From NCBI GenBank assembly GCA_963817955.1, contig CAWFQK010000001.1:480001-544000 (forward strand): 64,000 nucleotides of DNA, read 5' to 3'. The notes below the pieces were generated by a model. It saw nothing but the letters and a program-made list of their open reading frames with translations. It had not been told where the DNA came from and searched no databases. This DNA comes from an uncultured Gemmatimonadaceae bacterium (GTDB lineage Bacteria > Gemmatimonadota > Gemmatimonadetes > Gemmatimonadales > Gemmatimonadaceae). Below are positions 49,708 to 61,429 of the stretch, piece after piece; the stretch's first letter is position 1; every line of letters starts with the position of its first letter. A program made the translations under genes and the position numbers.

Positions 49708-50652
49708 CTACGCGACTCGTGACATCCAGTCGGCATAGATCTCCGCCAACGTTTGCTCAAGGCTGTAGTCCTGGCACCAGCCCAAATTCTGTATTTTTGT
49801 CGGGTCTCCAACCAGAAGCAGCTCATCCGAAGGTCGTAGAAGCGCCGGATCCTGTGAGACTCTGACATGTAATCCTGAAATGCCAATGAGCGTTTCCAGC
49901 ACCCATGCCATCGTGTACGCTCTTCCGGTGCAGATGTTATATGGCTCGCCCGCATTTCCTTTGTCGACGAGGTGCATCATCGCTCTCACTCCATCGCGCA
50001 CATCCACAAAATCCCGTGCTGTGTCAAGTCGTCCCACCCGAATTTCCGGCGTACGAAGGCCCCTTCCTATCATCGCCAGTTGGCGAGCGAAATTCTGTAT
50101 CGCGGTAGCCGGTGGATGCCCCGGGCCCACATGAATGAAGAGACGGGGAAGATAGACCTGCAATCCATAATTGGCGAAGTACTGATATCCGAGACACTCG
50201 GTGGCCACTTTACTGACGCCATACGGACTGACTGGCGTGAGAAGCCTTTCCTCTTTGACGGGCGACTCTGTCAGCGGTACCACGCCGTACTCAGCGCTAC
50301 TACACGCTATTAAGACCTTCGCATTCGGGCAAAATTCGCGACAGCATTCAAGAAAATTCATTGTGCCCACCACGTTAGTACTCATGGTAGTGTGCGGTGC
50401 TTCCCAGGAAACGCCATTGAACGCTTGAGCAGCCAAATTAATGGCCAGATCAGGAGAAACCTCCCGAAAAATTTTCTGAAGAACCTGCTTCTCAAGAATA
50501 TCGCAAGTATAGAAATGGTCACTTGCCGAAATGGAATGCCTCGCCGATGCGCCCACCCTCGCCAAGCCAAATACCTCGTGTCCTTGAGCCTTGAGATGCT
50601 TGACGAAAGCTGTGCCAATCATTCCTGTGCTTCCGGCTATCAGTACCTTCAT
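49708..50652 (-). CDS. GDP-mannose 4,6-dehydratase-family SDR (Rmd-like reductase)
   Basis: GSTGMIG, LAAQA, SSAEYG, SPYGVSK, RDFVDVRD. Confidence 0.82.
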   Translation of the reverse strand: MKVLIAGSTGMIGTAFVKHLKAQGHEVFGLARVGASARHSISASDHFYTCDILEKQVLQKIFREVSPDLAINLAAQAFNGVSWEAPHTTMSTNVVGTMNFLECCREFCPNAKVLIACSSAEYGVVPLTESPVKEERLLTPVSPYGVSKVATECLGYQYFANYGLQVYLPRLFIHVGPGHPPATAIQNFARQLAMIGRGLRTPEIRVGRLDTARDFVDVRDGVRAMMHLVDKGNAGEPYNICTGRAYTMAWVLETLIGISGLHVRVSQDPALLRPSDELLLVGDPTKIQNLGWCQDYSLEQTLAEIYADWMSRVA

Positions 50653-50925
50653 AATGTCAGCGACCTGGGTCTGTAGGCTGTTGGCGAAAGAAACGTCACT
50701 GGATACAATGGGCTCAACTTCGCGCGAAAGTTCAACTGGACCATCGAATCGGCCGCCTCTTGATCAACCAAGCGGGTGAAGCTAATGCCTGTTTCAGGCA
50801 GCGGCTTCTACCGAATAACACTATTGACCTTCACGATTGTACATAGCCAGGTCCAGCCCTGCATGCCAAAGAAAATGACGGACGGTTGCGGGGTGTCGTT
50901 GTAAGTAGCAAATGCCACGACACCC

Positions 50926-51183
50926 GTGCGCCTTCAGGGTCGGCACGGAGTCTGGGCGCGCGTTGGCCATGCGGCATTGATGATCGCGTTGGCCTGCTCC
51001 TCACGATTTCAGTTCGGGCGCATAGGCTGGGGGAACCGTGGCATAGTCCCGCGAATCGGTGGCCAGGAACGCCTGCCCGACGTGGGCGGTATGCGCCGCT
51101 GCCTGATCTCAATAACCAGCAGCGGTCGCGCCAAGACGCGGCGGAAGCCGCATCAGAGGCGACATCACCGGAATATCAACTAG
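50926..51183 (+). pseudogene. Possible IS701-like transposase C-terminal relic
   Basis: LQGR....GHAALMIALA...LPDVGGMRRCL is only weakly reminiscent of IS701 tails. Confidence 0.2.
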
Positions 51184-51465
51184 GCGCCGGACATTCCCGA
51201 ACCGTCGCCGTGCCACGCGGTCAAGCGACCGGCCGGCGTCACTGCGATGATGCTCGAGGTTTCGCGCCGCTTGCTCCGGCGACGCAACGCCTTCTTATGC
51301 CCGCGCGGGGCCACGCCGCATTCAGGCGGGCTCGAAACGAGTGACTTGTTTCGTCTCACGCTGGCAACGACACTTCGCTCGCGCCGAGCTTCTATCAGAA
51401 GTCCGTTTGCAGAACTCGACGACCCATTCCAGAATCTCGTCGGCGGTCTTCGTCCACACGGAGAC

Positions 51466-52761
51466 CTAGTCCAGTGGAGTTTGGACGCTACCTCCCTGAG
51501 CCCACGAATGTTCGACCGAGACAAACCCAAAATTATCGTCATCATCTGAACATCCTTCCGTCGTTAGAAGACAGACTTCAAATGAGGTCACATCCGGCAC
51601 CTCGTCGTAGTCTACCTTACCCGACCTAGCGCCTACGTGGACCGTATAGGTTCCAGGCTTCAAACAGTCGGTCGCTACGGAGAGAATGAGCCGGCCCATA
51701 CCATCACGAGCAGGGCTGAAACCTGCCGGGCTGTGAAATGTACAGAGTCGCTGTCCAGTTATCGTGTTTATCCCGAGTCCGACCCTCAAGTCAGCAAGTA
51801 CAGCATCACAAAGAAAGCAAATTTCAAATTGAAGAAGCTCTCCAATTCTATAGATAAGTTGATCACTGCCCCCCAAGAGAGACACTTTCATGATTCGGAA
51901 AGGTGAGTCGACCAAAGACACTCGCCTCCTCCTCTTAGAGAGGTCGACCTCTCGATTTCTTCCATAAGCAGCATCTTGCAAGTAGTGGTCTGCTACCTGT
52001 CGTGCACTCCCGGTTTGAGTGACTGTACCTCGTTCTAGAAGGATTCCCCGTCCACAAAGCTGAAGAACTGATGCGATGTTGTGACTAACAAACAACACGG
52101 TCCGTCCTTCCTGCGCGACATCTCCCATCTTTCTCAGGCATTTCTTCTGAAAGGCTGCGTCTCCCACTGCCAAAACCTCATCGATCACCAATATCTCCGG
52201 CTCTAGGTGCGCAGCCACAGCAAACGCCAAGCGAACATACATGCCGCTGGAATATCGCTTGACCGGAGTGTCCAAGAACTTCTCAACGTCGGCAAAGGCC
52301 ACGATTTCGTCGAACTTCCTCTTTATCTCGACACGTGTCATTCCCAAGATAGCACCGTTCAGATAGATATTTTCGCGACCGCTTAGTTCCGGATGAAAGC
52401 CAGTGCCTACCTCCAGCAGACTAGCCACCCGCCCCCTGATGCTCACTCGCCCGGCACTCGGTTCGGTGATGCGGCTCAGGATCTTAAGCAGCGTGCTCTT
52501 GCCGGCGCCGTTGCTGCCGATGATACCCACTGCTTCCCCTCTCTGAATCTCAAAGCTCACATCCCTCAGCGCCCAAAGTTCCTCCAACGCATCGCCTTGA
52601 ATGACGGGTTTACCCTGCATCAAGTCTCTAGTCTTGTTCCATAAACTGAGGGCGCTTTGCGTCAATACATCCCGGAAAGTAAGGTAGCCGACGTCTTCAG
52701 CCTGATGTCCAATGATGTAGGTCTTGCCCAACTTCTCGGCTTTGATCACGACGCCAGACAT
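51466..52761 (-). CDS. wzt: Polysaccharide ABC transporter ATPase with C-terminal Wzt_C domain
   Basis: [23 protein letters not shown], plus a ~170-aa C-terminal extension. Confidence 0.95.
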   Translation of the reverse strand: MSGVVIKAEKLGKTYIIGHQAEDVGYLTFRDVLTQSALSLWNKTRDLMQGKPVIQGDALEELWALRDVSFEIQRGEAVGIIGSNGAGKSTLLKILSRITEPSAGRVSIRGRVASLLEVGTGFHPELSGRENIYLNGAILGMTRVEIKRKFDEIVAFADVEKFLDTPVKRYSSGMYVRLAFAVAAHLEPEILVIDEVLAVGDAAFQKKCLRKMGDVAQEGRTVLFVSHNIASVLQLCGRGILLERGTVTQTGSARQVADHYLQDAAYGRNREVDLSKRRRRVSLVDSPFRIMKVSLLGGSDQLIYRIGELLQFEICFLCDAVLADLRVGLGINTITGQRLCTFHSPAGFSPARDGMGRLILSVATDCLKPGTYTVHVGARSGKVDYDEVPDVTSFEVCLLTTEGCSDDDDNFGFVSVEHSWAQGGSVQTPLD

Positions 52762-52764
52762 AGC

Positions 52765-53634
52765 CTACACCACGTCCGCAAATGTTCTTTCCATCTTCCT
52801 AAACTGGTAAACGCCCAGCCAGAGAAAGAAGGCGACGACTACCAAACTATAGGCGAAGTCGGGCCAATGAATGAAGCTCTTGCCGCCCAGAATGCACCAC
52901 CGGAAACCATCAATTACACCGACCATAGGATTTAGGCTGTAAAGTAGCCGCCATCGTCCCGGCACTAGGTTGCTGCTATAACCAACGGGGGATACATACA
53001 ATCCGAACTGCACGACAAAAGGAATCACTATCCGAAAATCTCGATACTTAACATTCAGTGCCGTGATCCAAAGACCTGGCCCCACACTTGTGAGCAGAGC
53101 CAACAGAGTGAACACCGGAAGCAGCAGTAAATGCCAGCTCGGCACAACGCGATAGTAGGCCATCAACACCAGCAGGATGACCAGGCTAATTAGAAAATCC
53201 GCAAACGCGGTCACCATGGCCGCGATAGGGACAATCAATCTAGGGAAGTAGACCTTGCTGATCAAATTCGCGCTGTTGATCAGGCTATTGGAAGCGTCGC
53301 CAAAAGACGTGGCAAATAGAGTCCATGGCAACATGGCCGCGAAGACCAACAGTGCGTAGGGTGCATTGCCGTCGCTGGGTAGCTTGGCCATCTGTCCAAA
53401 GACCACAGTAAACACCACCATCGTTAGCAGCGGTTTTAGGATCGCCCAAACGACTCCGATGACAGTTTGCTTGTAGCGCACGGAGATGTCTCGCCACGCG
53501 AGGATCAGAAAGAGCTCTCGAAAGCGCCACAGATCGATCCAGTAGTTCTTGTCGGCCCGACCAAACTCCAGCACTAGCACGGGTTCTGCTAAAGATTCAG
53601 TCGCACCTCTCATCGGCAACACTGGAGTGCTCAT
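52765..53634 (-). CDS. wzm: Polysaccharide ABC transporter permease
   Basis: RDISVRYKQT, KVYFPR, SPVGY, NPM; start uncertain. Confidence 0.93.
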   Translation of the reverse strand: MSTPVLPMRGATESLAEPVLVLEFGRADKNYWIDLWRFRELFLILAWRDISVRYKQTVIGVVWAILKPLLTMVVFTVVFGQMAKLPSDGNAPYALLVFAAMLPWTLFATSFGDASNSLINSANLISKVYFPRLIVPIAAMVTAFADFLISLVILLVLMAYYRVVPSWHLLLLPVFTLLALLTSVGPGLWITALNVKYRDFRIVIPFVVQFGLYVSPVGYSSNLVPGRWRLLYSLNPMVGVIDGFRWCILGGKSFIHWPDFAYSLVVVAFFLWLGVYQFRKMERTFADVV

Positions 53635-53819
53635 CTGACCGTTACTCAGAACAAGATATCGCTCGGATTCGTCGGAGGCTTGAACAACAACATTCGCGTT
53701 CTCCGACGACGCGCGTACGGATTGCGCGACGAAGAGTATTTGCGATGGAATATCCTCACGCGCATGCAGCCTGTGCTCTAAATTGCTCACAAATCACCCA
53801 CCCGTATTCCTTAAAGACC

Positions 53820-54117
53820 TTGTAGTATTAGACAGGTCGCGAGGTAGTTCCAGGCCGTCGTGCCTGCGAGGCAAAATAAGCATGGGCGGCAGCCCATCTG
53901 TCGGAACTTTCGCAATGCCAGCAAAGATCGCCGTGAATATCACAGTGCTAAGGATGGGCTGAATAACAAACCAGAGCGGGCCGAGAATGGTCTGCGTGCA
54001 GACGGCCACGAAGTCGCGCCGTACTAGGGGCCAACGCAGGTCGCGTTAGCGCCAGACGTCGTCGAGGTGAATATCCCACGACTTCGTTTGGGGCCTGATA
54101 ACAAGGATCGGGTGCTC
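53820..54117 (-). pseudogene. Truncated second wzm
   Basis: VIRPQTKSWDIHLDDVWR*RDL...RRDFVAVCTQTILGPLWFVIQP...PTDGLPP: in-frame stop, frameshift and truncation. Confidence 0.85.
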
Positions 54118-54131
54118 GGAGGACGTGGGCC

Positions 54132-55103
54132 TCAAACACAGCGCGCATTGAAGTCCTTGTAGGCAACCACAAGTCCCTTCGCGAGCGTCGTCGTCGCCTG
54201 CCACCCCAACCCGTTCAATCTGCGGCAGTCGAGGAGCTTTCGTGGCGTTCCATCTGGCTTCGTTGGATCAAACACGATTCTTCCCTCATAGCCGACCGTC
54301 AATGATATTGCCTTCGCGAGCTCGACGATTGTAATGTCTTCGCCCGCGCCGATGTTCACCACCGGTGCCAAGCCGTCGTTGCGGTCGGCCGCCAGCAATG
54401 GCCAGTATACTTCGTCCGGCAGGTTCATCAGATGCACACAGGAGTCGGCCATGTCGTCGACGTACATGAACTCGCGGCGTGGAGTGCCGGTCCCCCAGAT
54501 CGTGACACTCGGCGCCCCGCTCGTCTTTGCTTCATGAAACCGCCGGATCAGCGCCGGAATGACATGGCTGTTCTCTGCATGGTAGTTGTCCCCTGGGCCA
54601 TAGAGATTCGTCGGCATCGCAGCGAGGAATTGCGTGCCATGTTGCCGATTGTAGCTCCAGCACATCTCGATGCCCGCAATCTTGGCGAGCGCGTAAGGCC
54701 GATTGGTCGGCTCGAGCGGGCCGGTCAACAGCGAGTCTTCCGAGAGCGGCTGCGGTGCCAGCTTGGGATAGATGCAGCTCGACCCCAGAAATAGCAGACG
54801 CCTTACGCCGTTCTTGTAGGCGGCGTGAATGACATTCGCCTGCACGGCAAGATTGTCGCGAATGAACTCCGCCGGGTAGGTGTTGTTAGCATGAATTCCC
54901 CCGACGCGCGCGGCGGCTAGATAGACATCTCGCGGCTTCTCCGCGGCGAAGAATCCGTCGACCGCACGCGCGTCGGTCAGATCGAGCTCGGCATGCGTGC
55001 GCATGACGATACGAGCGCGCTCGCCGCGCGCCTTGAGGTTTCGCACGATGGCGCTGCCTACCAATCCGGTGTGCCCGGCGACGTAGATGCTCGAGGTGGG
55101 CAC
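54132..55103 (-). CDS. fcl: GDP-L-fucose synthase
   Basis: [30 protein letters not shown]. Confidence 0.95.
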   Translation of the reverse strand: MPTSSIYVAGHTGLVGSAIVRNLKARGERARIVMRTHAELDLTDARAVDGFFAAEKPRDVYLAAARVGGIHANNTYPAEFIRDNLAVQANVIHAAYKNGVRRLLFLGSSCIYPKLAPQPLSEDSLLTGPLEPTNRPYALAKIAGIEMCWSYNRQHGTQFLAAMPTNLYGPGDNYHAENSHVIPALIRRFHEAKTSGAPSVTIWGTGTPRREFMYVDDMADSCVHLMNLPDEVYWPLLAADRNDGLAPVVNIGAGEDITIVELAKAISLTVGYEGRIVFDPTKPDGTPRKLLDCRRLNGLGWQATTTLAKGLVVAYKDFNARCV

Positions 55104-55107
55104 GCCG

Positions 55108-56229
55108 TTATCGCTCCATACCGACGGACACCGCGTAGCCGTGTAGCTGGAGCAGGGCGTGACGCCTCGCCTGAACCAGATCGTGCGAGACCATCTCGTC
55201 GATCATCTCGTCGAGCGTGATCTCCGGCACCCACCCAAGCTTGGCCTTCGCCTCACTCGGGTCTCCGAGAAGTGTCTCGACCTCGGCGGGGCGAAAGTAG
55301 CGCTGGTCAACCTTGACGATGACCTGTCCGACGCGTAGGGCCGGCGCATCCTCGCCCTCGATTCTCGCCACGAACCCCTCTTCTGTCACTCCGCGTCCGC
55401 GCCACTCCAGCGTGAGCCCCAACCGCGCCGCCGCCTTCTCGACGAACTCGCGCACCGCGACCTGTTTGCCCGTCGCTATGACGAAATCCCTCGGTTCCGT
55501 TTGTTGGAGCATCATCCACTGCATTCGCACGTAGTCTTTCGCGTGGCCCCAGTCCCGCAGCGCATTGATGTTGCCGAGGTAGAGACATGGCTCGAGGCCC
55601 TGCGAGATGTTCGCGAGCGCCCGCGTGATTTTGCGCGTCACGAACGTTTCGCCGCGTCTTGGGCTCTCGTGGTTGAAGAGAATTCCGTTGCAGGCGTACA
55701 TTCCGTAGCTCTCGCGATAGTTCACAGTGATCCAGTACGCATACAACTTTGCCACGCCGTAAGGACTGCGCGGGTAGAACGCCGTGGTCTCGCGCTGTGG
55801 CACTTCCTGAACGAGTCCGTAGAGCTCGGAAGTGGACGCCTGATAGAACCGTGTCTTATCGACCAGCCCGAGAAGTCTGATTGCTTCCAGCAGCCGAAGC
55901 GTGCCGATCCCGTCCACTTCGGCGGTGTATTCCGGACTCTCGAACGACACGGCTACATGACTCTGGGCGCCGAGGTTGTAGACCTCATCGGGCCGGACCT
56001 CCTGCAGGATGCGCGTCAGGTTACTGCTGTCGGTGAGGTCACCGTGATGCAGCACGAAGTTGCGATGACCGAGGTGCGGATCGTGGTACAGGTGGTCGAT
56101 GCGCTCGGTGTTCAACGACGATGCGCGCCGCTTCACCCCATGCACTTCGTAACCCTTCTCTATCAGGAATTCCGCGAGATAGGATCCGTCCTGTCCGGTG
56201 ACGCCGGTGATCAGGGCTTTGCGACTCAT
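55108..56229 (-). CDS. gmd: GDP-mannose 4,6-dehydratase
   Basis: [30 protein letters not shown]. Confidence 0.97.
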   Translation of the reverse strand: MSRKALITGVTGQDGSYLAEFLIEKGYEVHGVKRRASSLNTERIDHLYHDPHLGHRNFVLHHGDLTDSSNLTRILQEVRPDEVYNLGAQSHVAVSFESPEYTAEVDGIGTLRLLEAIRLLGLVDKTRFYQASTSELYGLVQEVPQRETTAFYPRSPYGVAKLYAYWITVNYRESYGMYACNGILFNHESPRRGETFVTRKITRALANISQGLEPCLYLGNINALRDWGHAKDYVRMQWMMLQQTEPRDFVIATGKQVAVREFVEKAAARLGLTLEWRGRGVTEEGFVARIEGEDAPALRVGQVIVKVDQRYFRPAEVETLLGDPSEAKAKLGWVPEITLDEMIDEMVSHDLVQARRHALLQLHGYAVSVGMER

Positions 56230-56268
56230 TTTCTTGCTATCCTTTGACCGTCAAGTAAGTCGGGATCA

Positions 56269-57327
56269 TTATCGGGCATTCCATTTGAGAAATCGTGGCG
56301 TCGCATTCTCGATCAGTCGGAAGAACTCCCGCGCATCCTCGCTCTTACTTCGCCGTGCTGCCGCCAAGGCGTCGGTGAGCAAGGCGAAGATCGCGCCGAA
56401 CATCGCGCCGGCGATCCCACCGAAGCTCGCCTTCAGCGCCGATTTGCGAGGCTCCCCCATGAACGCGAGCCGCGGGCTCTCGAACACCGTGATCACCGGG
56501 GTATCGCGGATCTCACGGATTCTTGCCTCCTCTCGACTTTGGAGCCATGAGGTATAGAGCTGGCTTTGCCGCGTTACTTCGCGTTGCAGCCGATCCCGCT
56601 CGAAAGCGAGGCCCGGCGATCTGCCGATGTCCCTATTCGACTGAAGAAAGGCCTGCAATTTGTCCTCTGCGCCGCGAAGGGCTCGTTCCGATTCCACGGC
56701 CTGCGCTTCCACGAATTGCCGTTCAACTGCAGCCTGCGACTTACGCGTATCGAGATTGAATTGGTTGACCCGATGCACTAACCGATTCGCGAGCGCGAGC
56801 GAAACGCTTGGCCATTTGGTTTTCACCGACACCGTGACCCCGCCGATCTTCTTCTCCTCGTTGGCTGCGATCATGCCATTGAGCGCGCCGACAGCTGTGG
56901 TGACCGCACGCTCGCGGGTTGGAGCCTTGATCTGGAGGAGGTCCATGAGCGCCATTCGCCGCCCCCCCTCCTCCGCCACGACAACGGTATCCAATGCGAT
57001 TGGTTCGAGCAGGGCGCGTGATCGGATCAACTCCACGTACATCGGGGGACCCCAGCCTCCAGCGGCGGATGGGACGTTGAAACCGAACTGGCTTGCAGCC
57101 AGCGCGAGACCCGAGGTACCTCCCTGCGATCCCTGAGGGATGAAGGTGGCGGACGACATGTACACCCGTGGTTTCGAGAGCCCGTACGCGAGTCCGAGCC
57201 CGAAGCCGACCACCGCCATCGCGACGATTTGCCATCGCCACCGGACAATGAAACTGGCGATCGCGAATACCGAAATCTCGTCTTCGTCGCGATTCATCCA
57301 CGCTGGACCGGCTGTCGGTTCAGTCAT
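56269..57327 (-). CDS. Polysaccharide co-polymerase (Wzz/GNVR-type)
   Basis: EDEIS start; two terminal transmembrane helices flanking a coiled coil; proline-rich segment before the second helix. Confidence 0.8.
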   Translation of the reverse strand: MTEPTAGPAWMNRDEDEISVFAIASFIVRWRWQIVAMAVVGFGLGLAYGLSKPRVYMSSATFIPQGSQGGTSGLALAASQFGFNVPSAAGGWGPPMYVELIRSRALLEPIALDTVVVAEEGGRRMALMDLLQIKAPTRERAVTTAVGALNGMIAANEEKKIGGVTVSVKTKWPSVSLALANRLVHRVNQFNLDTRKSQAAVERQFVEAQAVESERALRGAEDKLQAFLQSNRDIGRSPGLAFERDRLQREVTRQSQLYTSWLQSREEARIREIRDTPVITVFESPRLAFMGEPRKSALKASFGGIAGAMFGAIFALLTDALAAARRSKSEDAREFFRLIENATPRFLKWNAR

Positions 57328-57357
57328 TGCACCTTGAACATGATATTGTCTGATGAG

Positions 57358-57900
57358 CTATTTGCCGTGCGCGGCCGTGACCAGCGCAGACCCAATCGTG
57401 AAGGCGACCCCACGCCCAATCTCAGCCACCCACAGCACTAGTTGGCGTCCGCTCCTCCGCTCGCGCACGATCCCGCGAACTCCGCGGAGCACGCCTTCCT
57501 GAACGATCACTTCGTCTCCCGGTACATAGTCGACGCTCTCAGTCACGGCTTCAGGCGCTGCGCCCACCGCGTTCGATCGCGTCGCGTAACGAAGTGACAA
57601 AACTATCGGCAAGAAGAGCCGGCTTCCCACGCTCTGTGATGACCGTCAGAACCCCTGGAGTCCGAAGAATCCGATGCCAGTCGGCGTTGGTAGCCTGGGC
57701 GAAGAGATAGCCTGGGAAGAGGGGACACTCGACTTCCCGCCAACGGTCACTCCAGCGGTGCCGCTCCTTCACGATGGGAAGCCAAGGGGACAGTCCAAGC
57801 GCCGCGATCCGCCTCTCGACCTGCTTCTCGGCTCGCGATTCGGCCCAGATCACGAACCATGGGTCAGTCTGAGCTACAGAGAATCAGTATTCTGAATCAT
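57358..57900 (-). CDS. UpxY/NusG-family antiterminator, copy A; two frameshifts
   Basis: RAEKQV, WSDRW, PLFPGYLF, KOW-like GDEVIVQEGVLRG; frame breaks near 57875 and 57568. Confidence 0.85.
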
Positions 57901-57977
57901 GGCTACCTAAGTGCATGGTCAGTCACAGAACGTGACGAACCACGAGAAATGCCGTGACGAATCCAACGAGCTACGAC

Positions 57978-58314
57978 CTAATTTCCCGCGCCCGGAGGAC
58001 CCTCGCTCTCCGCCCGCAACCGCTCTATCTCGAGCCGCGAGAGCATCGTACTCTTCGATCTTCCGTGCCAAAAAATGTCGCGTGAGCTCGGACTTGGCGG
58101 CGACGCCATCAGGAGTGAGGAGGTAGACGTAGCCTCGTTTGTGCGAGCTGTTGGAGAAATTCTGGACCTTCACGAATCCCTTGCCGAGCAGCGCTCTCAG
58201 CAGGTAGTTCGCTTTTCCGAGACTCATCCCAAGCTCATGCGCCATTTCGCGTTGCGTGCGGCTGGGGCTCGTACCGAGAAGTCGGAGGATGCCCAGAAGC
58301 GAAGAGTCGTTCAT
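57978..58314 (-). CDS. EPS-associated MarR-family regulator; frameshift near 58040
   Basis: TQREMAHELGMSLGKANY...YVYLLTP.G. Removing one base restores EYDALRLEIERLRAE ending at TAG 57978-57980. Confidence 0.88.
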
Positions 58315-58340
58315 GGGCTGCGGCTGGAACTGAGGGAGGG

Positions 58341-58383
58341 ATGTTCAACGCGTGAACATACGGAGATCGCTCGCCGCCGTCAA
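58341..58383 (-). promoter_or_regulatory. sigma70-like promoter with overlapping palindromic operator
   Basis: TTGACG-17bp-TATGTT; ATGTTCA-N5-TGAACAT at 58341-58359. Confidence 0.75.
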
Positions 58384-58457
58384 GATAACGGAAGCCGGAT
58401 CAGACGCCAGCGGATTGCTGTCGAAGTGGAGGGCGTTCGTTCGTGAGCGACAGGTCG

Positions 58458-58607
58458 TCACGTCCGATGGCAAACTCCCCCGCATTGACCTGCCCGGTGT
58501 ACTTCGGTTGGCGTCACGTGCGCACCCATGAAGAACCCACGGCCGTCGCCGAACACCTTTGGCTCGATCAATCGCACGCCAGAAAGGCTCGTCTCTGTGA
58601 CCTTCAT
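58458..58607 (-). pseudogene. rfbC: Truncated dTDP-4-dehydrorhamnose 3,5-epimerase
   Basis: [27 protein letters not shown] followed by unrelated sequence. Confidence 0.85.
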
Positions 58608-59490
58608 GCTCGGCCGCGCTCCGCGATGAGGCCACGCAGGTAGCACCCATATCCGCTCTTGCCCAATCGCTCAGACAGTCGATCGAGCTGTGCGTCGTCG
58701 ATGTACCCGAGACGCCACGCGATCTCCTCGGGTGAGGCGATCTTCAGGCCCTGTCGCTTCTCGATAGTCTGCACGAAGGCCGACGCATCCTGAAGCGAGT
58801 CGTGCGTGCCCGTGTCGAGCCAGGCCATCCCGCGGCCCATCAGCTCCATGCGAAGTTGCCCGCGGCGCAGATACTCGAGGTTCACATCGGTGATCTCGTA
58901 TTCGCCGCGTGCCGAGGGTTTCAGTGCCGCAGCGATCTCCACGACAGCCTCGTCGTAGAAGTACAACCCGGTGACGGCATAACTGGACTTCGGGGTCGCC
59001 GGCTTCTCCTCAATGGACAGGACACGGCCAGCCGAGTCGAACTGCGCGACGCCGTAGCGTTCCGGATCGGTGACGTGATACCCGAAGACCGTTGCACCAC
59101 TGCCCTGCGCTGACGCTCGGCGCAGTTGATCGACGAGGCCGGTGCCGTAGAAGATATTGTCGCCGAGGATCAACGCCGAACTCTGGCCGGCGAGGAACTC
59201 GCGCCCGATCACAAAAGCTTGGGCGAGACCGTTCGGCGTGGCTTGTTCGGCGTAGTAAAGCGCATGCCCCACTGCGCGCCATCACCGAGCAGCTCACGAA
59301 AGCGCGGCAGGTCGGCAGGCGTGGAAATGATCAGAATCTCCCGCATTCCCGCCAGCATCAGCGTGGAGAGGGGATAGTAGATCATCGGTTTGTCGTACAC
59401 CGGCAGCAACTGCTTGCTGACGACGAGGGTGACCGGGTGAAGGCGGCTCCCCGCGCCGCCAGCGAGAATGATTCCCTTGCGGCTGGTCAC
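58604..59490 (-). CDS. rfbA: Glucose-1-phosphate thymidylyltransferase; frameshift near 59258
   Basis: [24 protein letters not shown], then [17 protein letters not shown] in another frame. Confidence 0.92.
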
Positions 59491-60545
59491 GCGTCTGCTC
59501 CGAGTCCAAGCCGCTGGCCCTGGTAGGCGCCAGACTGTACGCGCGCCGCCCACTGCTGATTGTCGAGGTACCATTCCACCGTCTTGAGCAGTCCGGTGTC
59601 GAAGGTCTCGCGAGGCGCCCAACCCAACTCGCGCGTAATCTTCGTGGCATCGATCGCGTAGCGCGCGTCATGGCCAGGGCGATCTGTGACGAACGTGATG
59701 AGCCGCTCCTGCGGCACATCGTGCGGATCAAGCTCGTCCACGAGCGCGCAGATGCGCCGGACGACGTCGATGTTCCGCCATTCATTGTCGCCGCCAACAT
59801 TGTACGTCTCGCCAGGAAGGCCGCGCTCGATGACGGTGCGCAGCGCACGCGCGTGGTCGTCGACGAACAGCCAGTCGCGCACATTTTCGCCTGCGCCATA
59901 GACTGGCAGGGGCCTTTTCGCCAGCGCGTTCTGTATGGTGAGCGGAATCAGCTTCTCCGGGAAATGATACGGGCCGTAGTTGTTCGAGCAATTGGTCGTG
60001 ATCGCCGGCAATCCGTAAGTGTGGTGCCATGCCCGCACGAGATGGTCTGAGCCGGCCTTGCTCGCCGAGTAGGGAGACTTCGGGGCATAGCGCGTCTCTT
60101 CTGTGAACCAGCCGTCGCGTCCCAGAGAGCCGAACACCTCATCGGTGGAAACATGCACAAAGCGAAAGGCGCCCTGCGCTGAGGTTGGGAGCGACCGATA
60201 ATGCCGAAGGCTTTCCTGCAGCAGGACGAATGTTCCGACGACGTTCGTCTGGATGAAGACGCCGGGTCCGTCGATCGAACGATCGACGTGGGACTCCGCC
60301 GCGAGATGAATTACAGCATCCGGACGGTGGCGCTCGAAGCAGGCGCGCAGGCCCGACGCATCACAGATGTCGAGATGCTCGAAGCTGTATCGTGAGTCGA
60401 GGTCGGCGCCGGGAAGCGATTCCAGATTGCCGGCATAGGTAAGTTTGTCGACGTTGACGACGCGATGGCTGGTTTCGCGTAGCAACATGCGCACGAGTGC
60501 GGAGCCGATGAATCCAGCCCCTCCGGTAACTAGCCAGGTTGTCAT
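59487..60545 (-). CDS. rfbB: dTDP-glucose 4,6-dehydratase
   Basis: [38 protein letters not shown]. Confidence 0.95.
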   Translation of the reverse strand: MTTWLVTGGAGFIGSALVRMLLRETSHRVVNVDKLTYAGNLESLPGADLDSRYSFEHLDICDASGLRACFERHRPDAVIHLAAESHVDRSIDGPGVFIQTNVVGTFVLLQESLRHYRSLPTSAQGAFRFVHVSTDEVFGSLGRDGWFTEETRYAPKSPYSASKAGSDHLVRAWHHTYGLPAITTNCSNNYGPYHFPEKLIPLTIQNALAKRPLPVYGAGENVRDWLFVDDHARALRTVIERGLPGETYNVGGDNEWRNIDVVRRICALVDELDPHDVPQERLITFVTDRPGHDARYAIDATKITRELGWAPRETFDTGLLKTVEWYLDNQQWAARVQSGAYQGQRLGLGADA

Positions 60546-61429
60546 TGCACTCGCGGGGTCATAGCGGGGGAGAACGCGCCTTCGAGGAGCGCGCGGGCAC
60601 GGCGACAATTTGCTGTCGCCACGTACCTGACGAGATGCACCATGCGCGTAGGATCGACCACGCGGCAAACCTGAAACGCTCGATAATTCCGTAATGCCGC
60701 GCGACCACGCGCCGGCAATTCTTGTCTCGTAACCGAATCTGGTTCGGCGTTGGCGGTGCCGCGCGTCCAATCCGGTGCAGCACGCGGGCGGACGGCTCGT
60801 ACAACAGCGAATAGCCTGCCCGGGTCAGCCACATCGAGAGTTCGACGTCCTCCACGTATGTGAAGAAACGCTCATCAAATACCCCGACGGCCCGCAACAC
60901 GTCTGCGCGAATGAGAAAGCAGCAGCCACAAACAAACGTCACAGGCATGCGCTGTTGCGTGGGGTCGCTCGGTAGGTTCTCCAGGAAATGTGTCGGCTGA
61001 ACTCGTGTCGGAGACACCGTGCCGCCGCCGTACCAGACGATATTGGGCTCGTCGTAATACAAGATCTGCGGCGCCACCGCGGCGGCACCCGTATCTTCCC
61101 GCCGCACGTACCAACCTGCTGACACACTCTCGATCGATCTCGGTGTCGTCGTTCAGCACAAGCAGGTACTCACTGCCGCGCGCCAACGCCCATTCTATTC
61201 CGCGGTTGTTCCCGGCAGTGTACCCGCCATTGACCGCAGCTTTCAGGAAGCTCGTTGCCGGAAAACGGGCATGCAGCCGGTCACCCGAGCCGTCTGGCGA
61301 TGCGTTGTCCACCAGCAACACCGTGAGGGCATCGTAGTCCGACTTGCCCAGCGACTCGAGACAAGCCGCGGCCTCGGCTTCGTTGCAGTAGGTGAGAACT
61401 ATGGCGGTGACGCGTTTACCAGCAGCCAC
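60542..61429 (-). CDS. GT2 glycosyltransferase; two frameshifts
   Basis: VDNASPD and LNDD (first frame), GCCFLIR and FFTYVEDVE (second), and a tail ending at the ATGA overlap with rfbB (third). Confidence 0.82.
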
